Source of the DNA: Eledone cirrhosa
Lineage: Eukaryota
Assembly: GCA_964016885.1 (NCBI GenBank)
Contig: OZ024743.1
Span: 303,614,001-303,678,000 of the forward strand
Length of the DNA stretch: 64,000 nt
Direction of reading: 5' to 3'
Of this stretch, positions 11,801-26,369 are shown piece after piece; positions within the stretch are counted from its first letter, which is position 1, and each line of letters opens with the position of its first letter. A program made the translations under genes and the position numbers. Under the pieces are notes generated by a model. That model was not told the origin of the DNA. It did not search any database and was given only the letters and a program-made list of their open reading frames with translations.

Positions 11801-14623
11801 CCGATGGTGGGCATCTCTCAAAAGAGAGATTAGAACTTAATCAATAAGTTATAGCAAGATGTTAGCTGCCGATAGGAATAGGAACGAGAAAGAATTAACA
11901 GGTAAATTAGAAGAGGCAATCAAGAGCGAAGATGTGGCCAGAGTGCTGGCATCGAGGACAGCCTTGAGCCAATGTTTCAATGCAAAGCACGAAGGCTGCG
12001 TCATTCGAAGTCAAATACGTGCTCTAGGTAATGAGGGGGCCAAAGCCGTTGGCTGGGCCCGCGTGACAGAAGCTAAGACTGGAAATCGATCCACCATCTG
12101 GTCTTTGCAAGACGAGGATGGACGGGTGATCCGGGAGCCTAAGCAGATGTGCGAGGCCTTTCAAAGGCGCTTTGCCCGATTGTTCGGGGGAGGCGAGGGT
12201 CCGGGCGGGGACGTGGATTTCGGTCCATACCTCGACGGCCTGCCGCGTCACTCGAGCGAAGAGGCAGAGTCCTGCGAGGAACCAATCTTGGCTGATGAGA
12301 TCGGGGATGCGCTGAGCCAATGCAGCAGACCCAAATCTCCAGGTCTCGATGGTATACCTTACGAACTTTATTTAGCAATGCCGGTCTTCTTCTCCGAACT
12401 CCTCGAAGCAGTCTACTGCAATTGGCAGCAGAACGGGAGAATTCCTTGTTCTGTAGCCAAGGGCGTAGTCTCGCTGGTGAGGAAGGACGAGAACAAGGGG
12501 GATAGTATAAATAATTTTCGGCCCATAACCCTGCTAAATACAGAGTTAAAGATTTTGGCCAAGTTGTTAGGAAAGAGGTTGGCGCTTGTCGTGGGTGGCC
12601 TGGTGGGAGATGCGCAGGCATGTGCTATCCCATCCAGGTCCATTCACGACAACCTCCACCTCATGCGATACATCATAGAGAGGGTTGGCAACAAACCCGG
12701 CTTCGGTGGAGCCCTGATCAACTTGGATCAGTCTAAGGCGTTCGATAGGGTCGACCACGATTACCTGGATGCGGTGCTAGCGGCGGCTGGGTTCGGTCCT
12801 GTTTTCAGAGGCTGGATCACTGCCTTACATAGCAACCACATCTGTTCTAGGATCAAGGTGAATGGCTACCTTTCGTAGCCGTTCGAAATCACACGATACA
12901 TTCGAGAGGGGTGCCCTCTCTCCTCCCTTCTGTACGTATTAACTCTCGAGCCTTTACTGAGGAAGTCGGAGTTGTTGCAGGGTATCCCCCTGGAACCAGG
13001 ATTGAGCAAAGCGGGGTCGGCCTACGCCGATGACGTAACAGTAATGGTATCGACCGACTCGGAGATCGAGGCGATCGGTACCTTACTGAAGTAATACGAA
13101 AGGTTGTCAGGAGCGAAACTGAACCGGGTAAAATCCATCGGGCTGCAACTCGGAACGTGGAGAGGCAGACCGATGCCTCCCGACGGTGTCGTCGGACACT
13201 GGACAGAGGGCCCGGTGAAGTTGCTTGGGGTCTGGTTTGGACCGGACCTCCAGGTGGAAAAGAACTGGGGCGAGGTTACGAACAAGGGGTTTGCACTAAC
13301 CCAGCAATGGGCCAAGTGTAAAGTGTCCCTAAAAGGTCGGGCGGAGGTGGCGAACATTTACATAGCGTCCGTCACTTACTACCGCCTGACTGTCGTGCCT
13401 TGCCCTAAGGAAACACTCACCACCACGGAACGCATGCTCTTTCAATTTCTTTGGAAGAAGCGCCCTCCTATCGCGAGAGGCTCAATCTGCTGCCAACAAC
13501 CTTCAAAAGGAGGGCTGGGGATGCCGTGGTTGATGATGCCTAGGCTCGTATTAAGGCTACGGCACCTTCAGGTATTCTTCACTGGTCAACCGGTGTGGGC
13601 TCCGTTCGTGAAACGAGCCTTTCCGAGACTCGTCTCGCTCACCGAGCTGCAGTCCTGGGTCAAGCAAAGATCCGGAAAACTGGGAGACTGGCACACTGAG
13701 TGTACCCAGGCGCTCAGGGCTCTCTGATAAGCGGACCCGGCCATCGGTGGAGAATCCACCTCGTCATTCCATAGAGGGCTGGTGGCTAGCAGGGGCGATG
13801 ACACCCTTGGAGAGTCGCTGGACATGGAAAAGGACGAGCTGGCCAGCCTGTTCGGTAGGACTTTCGGCCCGGGACCAATGGACAACTTCCAGAAGTCACT
13901 AGCCTGGCAGTGCTACCGGGGGGCTCTACCCGTTCGAGAAAAGCTCTACAGACACGGGCGCCCGGGCAGGGATCCCTCGAAAAAGATTTGCCCTAGATGC
14001 GTCCGTCACGAAGAAACCGTTGCGCACGCATTGGTGCAATGTCCGGGCGTGGCTGATCTGTGGGGCTACGCCGAATGACTGCTGTCGCGGGTGGCGCCGA
14101 TTCGATTGACCGCCGAGTCCGTGATGACAATCAAGCCGCCTCCCCTCTTCACAAAGGAAGCAAAGGCGGTTTTTCTGTGCGTAATAGCCATGTTGAAAGA
14201 GGTTGTTTGGTGGACACGATTGAAAGGTCTGAGGTCAGGCAACTTCCTCTCTGGCCATAGTCTGGTCTACTTCTTCCTATATCACTTCGGAAGAAGGATA
14301 AGAATGGAGAGAGAGGTGCTTGGCCACAGGCAGTTTTATGAAAGGTGGGTGATAGTCGCGAGAATGGCTCGTGTAAATGGGCCTTCTCTGTATACCATCC
14401 TGTAGGTATAGAAGTGAAGGAGAGAGGAACACCTTCTCCATGTGCTCCCCGGGCAAACGATTGCACGCTTTTTTCGGGTGTGTGTGCAACCCCCATCACG
14501 CCCCCTCCCTTTTGAGGTTGTTTTCGATTATTTTCATGTTATACCCTTTTTACTCGGTTTTATGTAAACTCCCCCTTTGTATTTGTCCCTTCTTTTTATG
14601 CCTTTATGGAAAATAAAGAAATA
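8804..14623 (+). mobile_element. L1/Tx1-clade LINE copy 2, apparently full length, degenerate (ORF1 about 9037-10934, ORF2 10968-14405)
   Basis: ORF1 CCHC knuckle CHICAGRGHLKAAC; ORF2 begins MDALRVGCLNARGL and has GDW, YLDRF, TDH, KSPGLDG, FRPITLLN, DQSKAFDRVDH, YADD, CPRC..ET..HALVQC; AATAAA near 14612; flanked by an identical 20-mer at 8784-8803 and 14624-14643. Confidence 0.94.
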
Positions 14624-15989
14624 TATCTATCTAATTGACTGTCAGTCTGTCTGTCTATCTCAATGCTCATCTACCTATCTTCTTCTATTCCTCTCTCCCC
14701 TTTTACGTTCGTCAATCATATATAGTGTCATAAATGAATGTGTTACTGTTAAAATTATATTCATCAATAATTCTAAAAGGCCGTTGAAGTTTTTTCATAT
14801 TCAACGCGCGCGTTTCTCTTTTAAATTACATTGTATCTTCTTAGAAATTTGGGCCGCTCTTCCCTGATATCATCTATCTAAACTTAATAATATTTTAAAA
14901 CAAGCTTATTGTAGCATACTGAAAGGTTGAAAATGCGTATATTAATATATTTCGTCAGAAGGGTAGCTTTGTAAATGTACGATTAATTAATCCACGTGGT
15001 GTGTATATGAATGAAACTCCAGTATATGTACGCTGTCAGGTGATCACATCAGTTACGTAATTTCATGATACGAATTGTTCACATTATACAATATTCGTAA
15101 CACTAAAATCATCAGCACGCCCTGATCACATTCGTAGTGGATAAAGATGTAATATCAGACGCATAAAATTTATAATTACATCATTTCGGTTAACAATTAC
15201 ATATTCTACAATGCGATTATGCTAACTACAAAAATATGCTAGCAAATTAATTTTCATATGGATGATTGTCATTCTGAAAAATGTTTATAGAATTAACATG
15301 ATGGAAAATTTTTTTTTTATTTTAGTGCAACGTTCAGTCTCATACTGCGCGTAGTTCAGCTTTGATATGAGCAAGAGGATTAGAATTTCAGTAGAATTTC
15401 AGACTAAATAAAACAGCAATTTTACCATGGAATGAAATAGAATTACCAATTGTCAAATAATAATTGTTTGAAATCCCTTTACGTTAATATTGGAAACGAT
15501 TAATGAAAATATACGTACATGCACTAAATAAGCCACAACCACAGTTTAAATATAATTTGTTGAAATAATGCTGTCGATGCTATATTTCAACTCACGCGGG
15601 GGAAAAGAGGGAGGGATGAAAATTCAAGAGATATAAGGTTGCAAATACAAATTAGAGTTTAAAAAAAAAGAAAAAAAGCAGGCATATCGAATAAATGTAG
15701 TTCATAGTAAGTGAAGAGGGTGGGTGCAGCGGTTAGTGACAGGACCAAATAAAGTGGAAAGCAAAACAACGGGATTTAGGAACAGGTATGCGGATACTAT
15801 TGCATCCAAATTCAGAGAATTCCCGCGACAAAATAAAGACTTTGAAACGAAGTAAAGATTTAGTAAATATTCAGTTTCTGGTTCAGATATAAAATGCTGC
15901 GAACGAAAGTTGATTGGTTTTAATCAAGAGGCTAAAGTTTTCATCTGAAAAAAAAGGAAAGCTTACAAAGCACGTCTAGGAAATAAGAC

Positions 15990-16910
15990 TTTCTTCTTCC
16001 ACTTCCGGCACAAACAAATGACTATTCTCTCAACGGCTGAGGTCAAAAGAGAAATTAAAGACCTCAAATGTGGCCAGACCAAAGGTGAGGATGAAATTCT
16101 GCTTGAGATATTAAAAGTCTTAAATAGAAAAGGCATTTTCTGACCGTATGGTGGTTGACCTGAGTCTCTGGAAATGCACCTAGACAATGGCAAACGGGAG
16201 TGATAATACAACATTTCAAAAAAGGAGACCAAATATAGTCGGTTCTCCATGTTGAGGCTACCCGTTAACGACTAAGGCTAAATGTCTCACAAAGAATTGT
16301 TGAGAGATTGTCGAATCTTAGCTTGCTGGAGGGTTTTGCACCGATAGCAGAAAAGCCGACAAAATATTCACACTGAGGTATGTCTTTGCAAAATCGTGGG
16401 ATTGCAGCCAAGATGTCTATGCTTACTTCGTATATCTAGAAAAGGTATACAATCGTGATCCACGGGAACCGGCTGTGGATTTTATGGAATTGATGGACTG
16501 CTTTCTGTTGCCCTGATGTTTCAATTGTAATGTTTCAGTATTTGTCTTCGCTAAACATGTTACTAAGTTGAAACCATTCAATGTGGGTATCAGACAGTGC
16601 CAATGATGAGTACTGTTACCTGCATTGTTCATAATATTCTTAAACAGTATTGCTATGTGCTGCCGGACTGGTAGTGGTATCATGTCTGGCGTTGAATTGG
16701 CAGTATTGATAGAGGGTCGGCGCCATGCTTTGACGCATAGAGTTACGGCCTTTGCCATTCTGAGTTCAAATCCCGTCGAGGTTAACTTTCCCTCTCATCT
16801 TAACGGGGGTCGATAAAATAAAGTACCAGTAATACACTGGGAGAATTGCTGGCCTTGTGCCTATTGTAGAAACAATTATTTTCATCATATTTTGTTCGCG
16901 AACTATACAT
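15990..16910 (+). mobile_element. RTE-clade LINE RT fragment, highly decayed, interrupted by a SINE
   Basis: Translations EIKDLKCGQTKGEDEILLEILKVL, DVYAYFVYLEKVYNR (FVDLEKAYDR-like), PFNVGIRQ, LFIIFLN, and after the SINE HILFANY (LLFADD-like). Confidence 0.75.
16688..16880 (+). mobile_element. tRNA-derived SINE, copy 1
   Basis: A-box-like TTGGCAGTATTG, B-box GAGTTCAAATCCC, conserved body TCATCTTAACGGGGGTCGATAAAATAAAGTACCAG, 3' GGCCTTGTGCC..AGAAACAATTATT shared with four other copies. Confidence 0.88.
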
Positions 16911-17672
16911 TTTGAAGATGCTATGTGTTAAGTTATGCTTTTCCTAAGGGTATTAGCAGCGTAAATGAAATTAAAATAATTTCACCCGAGGATTGAAATC
17001 AATTAACAGTCATATCATGCTGGAAGCCTAACTCTAATTCAATGGAAACCTCTGTACATTATATTTAATTAATGATATATTTCGTACGCATAAATTCCTC
17101 AAGATGAAGTAGAATAACATTGAATGACATAACTAATATTGATTTTCTCTACCATGCAAATATTTGTCGAGCAAAAAGTATTATAGATTGACGCGACCTC
17201 GATATGTTTTGTTTATTAAATTATCGACCCACTTGGATGAAAATCATAAACTGCACCCGTGATATAGTGAGCCTGTAAATAAATGACTAGAAATGTGTTT
17301 GTCATTAAAAAATAGAAAAATAACAGTCTAGTTTTCCTGCTAATGCATAAATCCTTTGAAAACTAATTAACATTAGCGTATATATCATATAACACAGAAT
17401 AAGTAAACTGTCTGACTGCAACAAAAGATTATTTATGTTTTTCCCGCATTAGCTATAACAAATATATATATTTTTTTATTATTTTGTTCTGTATCTTTTA
17501 CATTACATTTCACAATTTTGTTTAATACTAATATTGCATAATCGGATTCTTTGATCCAATTAGCTAATGTAAATTTTCTGTTCAATATTCACTGAAGCAG
17601 CACTGTCGATTTCCAGTTTGACATATTCCGTTTCTATTTAGTTCATTTGTAACAAGTCAACATTATGTGTAC

Positions 17673-17860
17673 GGCGGTGGTTCGGCAGTATCGGTAGAGC
17701 GTCAGACACCATGTTTTGCAGCATAGTTATGGCCCTTTGCGTTCTGGGTTGAAATCCGTCGAGGTTAACTTGGCCTTTCATTCCTACGAGGTCGATAAAT
17801 AAAGTAACAGTGGTGCACTGGGGTAATCTATGGCCTTGTGCCAAATGTAGAAACAATTAT
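17673..17860 (+). mobile_element. tRNA-derived SINE, copy 2, with target-site duplication
   Basis: Same family as 16688; ATTATGTGTACG present at 17662-17673 and 17856-17867. Confidence 0.9.
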
Positions 17861-20099
17861 GTGTACGACATCATTCGTGAATTCACAATGTTTAAATGAA
17901 ATGTAAACAATTCTTCCACCTCCCATCAGCAAAGAAGTACAAAGCAAAATACAACGCCAAATGTATTCACAAAAATCACAAAAAGTACTCATAGTGTGCC
18001 TATTAACCGGTACGCACTGTTAGGAGGAAGGCTAACATTAATAACAAAGCAATGTTTACGTAAGACATTCAACGCGTCTAAATGAATTCATTTGACATTA
18101 CAATACCCCCCAGTAGCGTTTTAAAGAAATACATAAGCGAAGTATTATATTCAACGATGCAAAGCCAATTGTGTCTTCATACATTTCTTTATTCGCTAGG
18201 CTGTCATAAATAAGAAATATAAATATCGCAAACGAAGCAATGCGTTTATGTTGTAGCTATTTTCTCGTGAATTACTATAATACACAGATGTACAAAAGTT
18301 GTAAGTGTTTGTTAAAACACAAATCAGGCACAAAACCTGATGTTAATTTTACAGATATTGCGTCAATGCAATCGCAATCCTTGGATTTTCAGATTTTATT
18401 AAAAACTGCAAATGGGTCCCTAAGGTGAACAATAAAGACCGTAAATGTTCGACAGCTGATATTCCAAAGAGTTTTATTTAAGAAACTGAAAAATAAAATA
18501 TACAATTAAATCAATATTTTGTTATACAATTAGGGACACCAGTAAAGTCAGGTTTAGGCAAATCTATATTACGATGTCCTTAAAAATGTAATATACAAGG
18601 TGGGTTAAGAGAGAGGTTAGGAGAGGCAGTTTTTACTGTCCAAAATATTTGTAATTTTAATATATCATTATTGTACGACAAGTAAGCTGACCTAGCAACA
18701 TTTGTCATTCTAGATTGAAGGAGACAGCTGTAACAATACCTTTAATACCTCCTTGTAAACACAGTTTACCGGCAATAATTTATCAGACAGTGAGTATTTA
18801 AACCTCTGTTTATGTAAACACAATTTTGTTTACTCGAAAGAAAGTGCAAATTTCATATTGAGCGTCAACAATATAGAGGAACAATTGAACATTTTGAGAC
18901 GCACATTCCTTTGGTATCGCATTCATTTCTGAATAAAGAAAACGAATTAATTTCCTGAGTCCGTTGATGTATTTGATCGAGTCCAACGCAGTATCGTACT
19001 CATTCTGATTTATTTCAAACTCGGCGGAAGATCAAGGAAAATGGCCTTAGTAGAAATTGAAATCATGATAAAAATCTACTTTAGTTTTACAGATCATTCG
19101 CAAACACAATGTTTGAATAAACTATTATATACCTCGATATTCTGCAATGATTTAATATATCCATCTCAATATTTACTTTCCTTATTTATACAACATTTGT
19201 GAACCTTGTGTATACTAGTAAATATATTTACATGGATGGGCTTTCTACACCAATCTGACACTCAACATCTCGTGAAGTAAAATTATTCAACATCTTATTC
19301 CCAGGTTCTTATTTTGTTAGGGATTTCTCAATCTTTTTAGAGAACAATGTTGATTTAATTTTTTTTTTAATCTAAAAACTGTGTGGATAAGGAGGAAATA
19401 AACTTACAGTCACTATTACTGGTATATTTCGCATCTATGACTCGGTTTAAATTACTGCAGTAACTCCAAGACATGAATGTAGAACGAAATTCAATATATA
19501 CATCCTCCTTATGAGAGAGCTATCAAGAGACGGTGAGTGTGGAGAAGAAAGAGCGATATTATACCAAAAGGAGAATAAATGGAAATGAAACAAATATTTC
19601 AAAGCCAAGTATGTAAAATAAAGCTTATTCTCAAAGAAAAATATTTCTTCTTAATTAAAAAGTAGCAACGTATCTACCTTATGTGATATCTGAAGAAATA
19701 GTCTTCCACTTTTGGAGAGAGAGAGGTAATCCATAACAAATACAGTCAATATCAATACAAGTAATTTCATTATATGTTCATGCTAAGCCGGAAATGTAAT
19801 GCAATAAATCCTGACCGGTTATCTTCAGTTCGCCTAGTTAACCGTGTGAAATACTAAACTTTGTGATGTATTCTATAAGGAAATAAATAATTGGCAATAT
19901 GAAACAGTAAGACAATTCCGACAGTTAATCATTGACATGGATATGTATATGTACGTATATATATCTACACTAATATAAATATTTGTGTTTGTGTTTATAA
20001 GTCTGTATGTCTCTTGCCTTTGTGTGTATGTGTGTGACTGCATTGTAATAACATATATGTGTTTGTGTAGTGTCTAGCTCTATCATAACATCATTTTTA

Positions 20100-20570
<471 letters not shown>

Positions 20571-21399
20571 CTGAGCGTGTGCGTGTGAGTTATATTTTCT
20601 AACACTTGACATCTATCCTCCCACTATCAGAATAATGTTCAATAATCTTATTCTTTAGAAAACCTGAATCAAATAGTTTGACGTATGCATATATGTATCT
20701 TCCCGGACCAAAAAATGCTATGGTTTGGCAAAACGTCCAGTGCGATAAAGGTGATGTCGAATATTAGATATGATCTGTACGATGTAAATAAGATATACCT
20801 ACAATACACGAAATTTTGGTTTCATAGTATCCCACATTTAACGTTTAAGCTATTTTACCAGTAGGCTATTGAAATGTAAGCACACATCACACACATAACA
20901 TTAATTATTGATATATTTTCAAGGTTCAAAAATTATCTTTTTGTTAGTGACGTTAGCAGCGATGTTATATATATTGGATATATTCTGTACTTCTCCTTGT
21001 GTCAAGATAATAAACTATTATTATACACACAAATTAAATAATTTATTGTTTCTACTATATGTATATATAATTGTTTTTAATAATTAATAAAATATGAACT
21101 GCTGACTAAAATAACAATGAACAGATTATAAAATACACAATATATAAATACACACACACGCACACACACACACACTCACGCACTTAGAGACACAAACGGA
21201 TGAACATAGCCCCCTATACAGATACGGAGACAGACACACTATTAGCTCTGCTTACACCCAGTTCTTTTTGACTGCACTAAACAAATACATTTATGACCCT
21301 AAAACGGTTGACGTAGAATTGTAGGGGCAACGGATGCACGCACACATATACACAGGCACACGTAGCCCATTCAAACCTCCACTCCACCACAAGACGCAA

Positions 21400-21620
21400 C
21401 AAACAAAAACAAGGTAGTGTAGGTGAGAAGAAGAAACACAAAATAAAACCTAGTCACTGAGGAGTTCACAGAATTTGTGAGGAAAGAGATTTAACAATAT
21501 ATAAACAACCTTCCGATTACCGAACCAACCAACCGGAAATGTATAATAAATGGTAGTGAAAACCAACAGGTGCCTGTTTTATTATTCGCAGCATGACCCT
21601 CCCAAATTATAACAATATAT
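21400..21620 (+). mobile_element. Diverged PLE terminal repeat related to family B, with decayed HHR
   Basis: AGTCACTGAGGAGTTCACAGAATTTGTGAGGAAA, then AATATATAAACAAC..GAACCAACCAACC..CATGACCCTCCCAAATTATAACAATAT, parallels 26429-26625 and 30965-31175. Confidence 0.7.
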
Positions 21621-22024
21621 ATATATATATAAGCAAGTTTTGCAACAACAAAAATAAAATGTCGGTGTGAAGAGCTTATGAATATATATATATATATGTA
21701 TACAATATTTATATACATATATATATATATATATATAATGTATAATAAACAATACAATATAATTACCTCATTACCAGAGGTTTCCCGAATAAAACGAATA
21801 TAAGAAACGTCCTCATACGTTCGTCAGACAAGGCAATTAAAAACATAATGAAATATTTGAAAAATCTCCTCAAGAAAGGCAAAAGTTTAACGGGCAAACA
21901 AATATATAAATAAAAGTAATGCAAGAGATATATAAGAATAAAATTAGGAAATATAGTTATGGTATGTGTATAAATATGTGTATATTCACTCACAAATGTA
22001 CATATGTCTATATGTACAACGAAA

Positions 22025-22536
22025 ATCGGGAAGTAAAATATGTAAAATCGTGAAGATATAAAGAAAGTGAATCAAAAGAAAGGCATGGGGGGGGGGGGGG
22101 GGCTCATTGGTGGATGTGAAGTAAAAATAAAGTTATAAATAAAAATAGAAGTAAATCAGAAAGAGGAGTCTGTAACGAGGGAAATTTAAGGAAAGTGAAG
22201 AACAAGAGTTTATGGAGGATCAGTATCTGAAAGTGAGTTAAGTTTTTATGAGCTGGAAAGCAAGTGTGATTTCATGTTTGGGCAACTGGTGAAATAACAC
22301 TTGCTTTCCAGCTCATATAAACTTAACTCACTTTCAGATACTTATCCTCCATAATCTCTTGTTCTTCACTTTCCTTAAATTACCCTCTTTACAGACTCCT
22401 CTTTCTGATTTACTTTTATTTTTATTTTTAACTTTATTTTTTTTCACCAGTAACCCCCTCACCCACACACACACTTGCTTTTTGATTCACTTACTTTATA
22501 TCTTTACAATTTTACATATTTTACTTCCCCATTTTC
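22025..22536. repeat. Imperfect inverted repeat, arms about 245 bp, spacer about 15 bp
   Basis: GAGCTGGAAAGCAAGTGTGATTTCA (22250-22274) mirrors TGAAATAACACTTGCTTTCCAGCTC (22290-22314); similarity extends out to GAAGTAAAATATGTAAAAT / ATTTTACATATTTTACTTC. Confidence 0.88.
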
Positions 22537-23448
22537 TTTCACTACCTGTAACCACATGTCACTTGCGTTTTCACCTCCATATATAATCTGTTGTCTCTCA
22601 GCCGCTTATATGTATGTTTACTTGCGTATAATTTGTACTCATTTATTCATACGGCTGGTTTTTATATTGTATCTATGCGTGTGAGCGTGCATGTGTGTGT
22701 ATGCGTGTTTGTATATGTATACGAATGCATTCGCATGTGCGCGTGTGAGTGCATGTGTGTTTTTATATCTATGTTTTTTACATACTTATGTATATGTGTG
22801 TGTGTGTATATGTATATGTATATGTATATATGTATATATATATATGTATGTGTATGTGTATGTGTATATATATATATATAGACGCGTGCGTGCATGTGAT
22901 TAGATGTACATGTACGTATATATATGTGCTTCGCATGTATGTATGCGCGCCTTTCTACGTATGTACGCTTGTATGTGCTTTTGTCTGTACGTATTTATAT
23001 TTATATTTTATATATATATATGTGTATGTTTTCTATTTTTTCTAGTGTTACTTTATAATTGATAACCCCTCCCTCTTACTTTCTCTTTGATTTAATTTTG
23101 TTATTCTTATATATTTTTTTATTTTTTATTTTTTTTATTTTTTAATTTTCATATTTTATATTTTTTATATATGCATCGACCTTCAGCCTGACACTGCTTT
23201 GACTGATACACTCCCTTCTCTGTATATATAGCTTGCATATATGTGGTTGCGCGTGTGTGTGTGTTTATACGCGTGCTTTCGAACTTGTATGTGTATATAT
23301 TTCAATCCTTAGTACCTGAGTCTGGATCGACGTTTAGTCTATTATCTTACAATTCCTTTTTCAACATATTTTATATACGTACTTGTAGTCATATATGTAC
23401 TTACGCACACATTTTTTCACTATACACATGCATTTGTACATACACACA

Positions 23449-23483
23449 TTACCGGTTTCGCAGAAGAACTGCGAAACCGGTAA
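23449..23483. repeat. Perfect 15-bp-arm hairpin made of a minimal-HHR 3' half
   Basis: TTACCGGTTTCGCAG-AAGAA-CTGCGAAACCGGTAA; reads as stem II (GCAG/CTGC), GAAA, palindromic CCGG, UA on both strands, with no CUGANGA. Confidence 0.75.
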
Positions 23484-23622
23484 AGGAACCAAATAAATAT
23501 ATATAATTTTTTTAAAAATAAGACTCTTGTTGCATTTTCGATTTCATCTTTTTTTTCTTTAAAATTTCACTCGTGTAGGACACCTCGGTTACTTTTCATC
23601 TTATACAAAAACTCACATTTTA

Positions 23623-23708
<86 letters not shown>

Positions 23709-24974
23709 CATATATTGCAAGCATTATAAAACATACTTTCCTGATAAAGAATATAATGTATGAAAAAAAACATGATTTCGAAATATTTAAAAATGACAGG
23801 TCCTTGAATATAAATTGATATTAGTGGATACATCTTCATTTATATATTGGAGAAAGTAATGTGTCGTTTGAAAATGTACTTCGTAATAAATACGGAAATA
23901 CGAGCCAGAACCTTAAGATGATTATATATATGAAACGAATGATACCAATTGTGATGTATGCCACTAATTTATTGAAGATTTTGAATATATTTTCGTTTGT
24001 TAAACACAAAATACCCACAAAAAAAAACATAACAAACAAAAAATAACATCAAAATGATATGCATTGATTTTTTTCGAGTGATCATATTTTCAAAATCGTC
24101 TCGGATTGATTTATTCCAAGTGTAAAACTTTTAAGAGTATACGGTAAGTAGCATGTATATGTTATCATTAAATGTTATTATGTAACACCGCAGTCTCCCA
24201 TAACAGAGAGATTCATGTTAGCTTCTTTACAATGTAGAAATCCTTGCCATTTCAGACGCATGTGTTACGTTACTAAACTACGCATTTCCTCTTATTTACA
24301 TCAGTATTTATGTTGATAAGAATACAAATTCTATCCAACACCCCTATCCTTCCTATGCAATATAACACGATTTTTGTATCCCTAACTGCTTATAGCTAAA
24401 CATGATTGTATATATATATATACGAGCATATGTCCCTGTCAACATATTAGGTATGTCTATATATGTATACAAGTTGGTGCAGTCTCGGTTGCACACTGTG
24501 TATTTAAGAAGATATTCATATATCATACACTTCGGCTCCTAACGCACCCATTAATATATATCTTAATTAATTACCAGCACGAGCGTTAATTATACTCAAA
24601 TTAGTAGCTCCATTTCATAATAATACTAAGTACAAGTGAGCATGTGTTTTCTATTGGTTGATTGGATGATATACATGTCTTCTGATGATGGTTCAATTAT
24701 ATCAGAAAATCATTAACATATTATTATCATTTTTTCCAATTTCAACGGAGATTCCTACTTTGTGGTATGTTTTCATATCTACATATTAGACATGTGTGTG
24801 AAGTCTCCGTTGTACAGTCAGTATTTATACAGATATAACTTCATCCTACCTTTCGCCTGGTAACGGACATATTAATACACACACACACATACACATATAT
24901 ACTTATATACATTATATACATATATATAATATATACACACACAGAAACACACAAACACAAACACAAACACACAC

Positions 24975-25053
<79 letters not shown>

Positions 25054-25056
25054 TCC

Positions 25057-25118
<62 letters not shown>

Positions 25119-25185
25119 AATGTATATATAGAGAGTGAAATAGTGAAGAATAACATGGTCAACAGTACGAAATGGATTTCATTTA

Positions 25186-25295
25186 CAGTATTAACAATTG
25201 TTTCATTGATTATGTCTAAAGATTGCTAATCACTTGAAGTTGTGCCACTCAATCTTAAATACAATGTATGCCTAATCAAATCATCAGAATAACTG
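25186..25295 (-). ncRNA. Hammerhead ribozyme motif, type I, long stem II, palindromic stem III
   Basis: Minus strand: CAGTTATT-CTGATGA-TTTGATTA...TAATCAAT-GAAA-CAATTG-TT-AATACTG; stem I pairs with one bulge; lies downstream of a same-strand PLE C-terminal fragment (26040-26240). Confidence 0.78.
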
Positions 25296-25356
25296 ATAAA
25301 CATTGCACACGGATTTTGTAATATACTAGGAGAAATCAAATAATAACATCAATATT

Positions 25357-25580
25357 AAAAGAAAAAGAAAAAAGAAGAAAAAAGAAAAAAAGAAAAAAAG
25401 AATAAAAGAAAAAAAGAATAAAAGAAAAAAAGAAAAAAAAGAAAAAAAGAAAACAAGAAAAAAAGAAAAAAAAAGAAAGAAAAAAAATGAAAAAAAATGA
25501 AAAAAAGAAGAAAAAAAAGAAAAAAGAAAAAAGAAAAAAGAAAAAAGAAAAAAGAAAAAAGAAAAATAGAAAAATAGAAG
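25357..25580 (+). repeat. Purine-rich (A5-7G)n low-complexity tract
   Basis: Direct reading of AAAAAG/AAAAAAG units. Confidence 0.9.
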
Positions 25581-26039
25581 TTAGAATGAAGATGATAAAA
25601 AATAATTAAAAAAATGTATATGTGAATAAAATGAACGTAATATGAGTGTTGTAAATAGTGGTGGTGGTTAAATTGATAGTGGTGTTTAAGTATAAATATG
25701 TAATGAGGGTATAAAAACTATTTATATAAAAATATTAAATATATACATGTGTATTGGTTAAATTACAGAGGGTTATAGTAGGAAGAAAGAGTACAATGAT
25801 AAATAATATATAACAGATAAATTAATAAATTAGAAGTTAGGTGAGAGGTGAAGAGAATATGATAGGATGTAATAGAAGAGATGAAATAGCTTCAGAGATA
25901 GAGAGTGAAAGAAAGAAAGGTTAGGAGATTATGATGTTGATTTAGTGATTATTTGGTCTATTGACAGTTAATAATAGTGGGTTATTATAATAGACTCTAA
26001 GTGGTTCACCTTGGATTATCGCATTGTTGGATCGAATCA

Positions 26040-26240
26040 ATTTGGTTCGAAATTTGCGAATTTAGTAGCTGCTTTGTGCCTACAGAAAATTGATCGTTCT
26101 ATTTTGCTGTTAAGCAGCATTTTGTCGTACTTTAAAATCTGGAACAACTCCATATTGCAAAGTCCGCACTGGGGCATTCCACTTCTGTAGGTCTTTGCTC
26201 CCGATTATTTGGACCAGCTAATTGTGTATTCTTGGTTTGT
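26040..26240 (-). pseudogene. Penelope-like element ORF C-terminal fragment (end of GIY-YIG region)
   Basis: Minus translation NQEYTISWSK*SGAKTYRSGMPQCGLCNMELFQILKYDKMLLNSKIERSIFCRHK fits the PLE C-terminal pattern W..Y..CxLC..E..I..LLN...CRH. Confidence 0.75.
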
Positions 26241-26369
26241 ATCCCTATATATATATATAGTAATAATAATAAATTTCAAGACTAAAATCCAAAGAGGGCT
26301 CGATAAGGATAAATATATATCAAATATATAAGAACCGAAGAGCAAATATTTATTAAAATAACAGAATAA

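Noticed and set aside
16688-16880. tRNA gene suggested by A and B boxes
   Set aside because: No cloverleaf; dispersed copies with a shared body, (ATT) tail and TSDs make these SINEs.
18340-18430. Possible small exon (TTTTACAG ... AAG/GTGAAC)
   Set aside because: Splice-like words are common by chance in AT-rich DNA; no supporting homology or neighbouring exons.
21755-21835. Minus-strand CTGACGA...GAAACCTC-TGGTAAT-GAGGTA hammerhead-like motif
   Set aside because: Core and stem III are good, but stem I does not pair and stem II is irregular; probably a decayed ribozyme, not called.
24675-24720. CTGATGA-TGGT..ATCA-GAAA motif
   Set aside because: No convincing stem I in register with a UH site.
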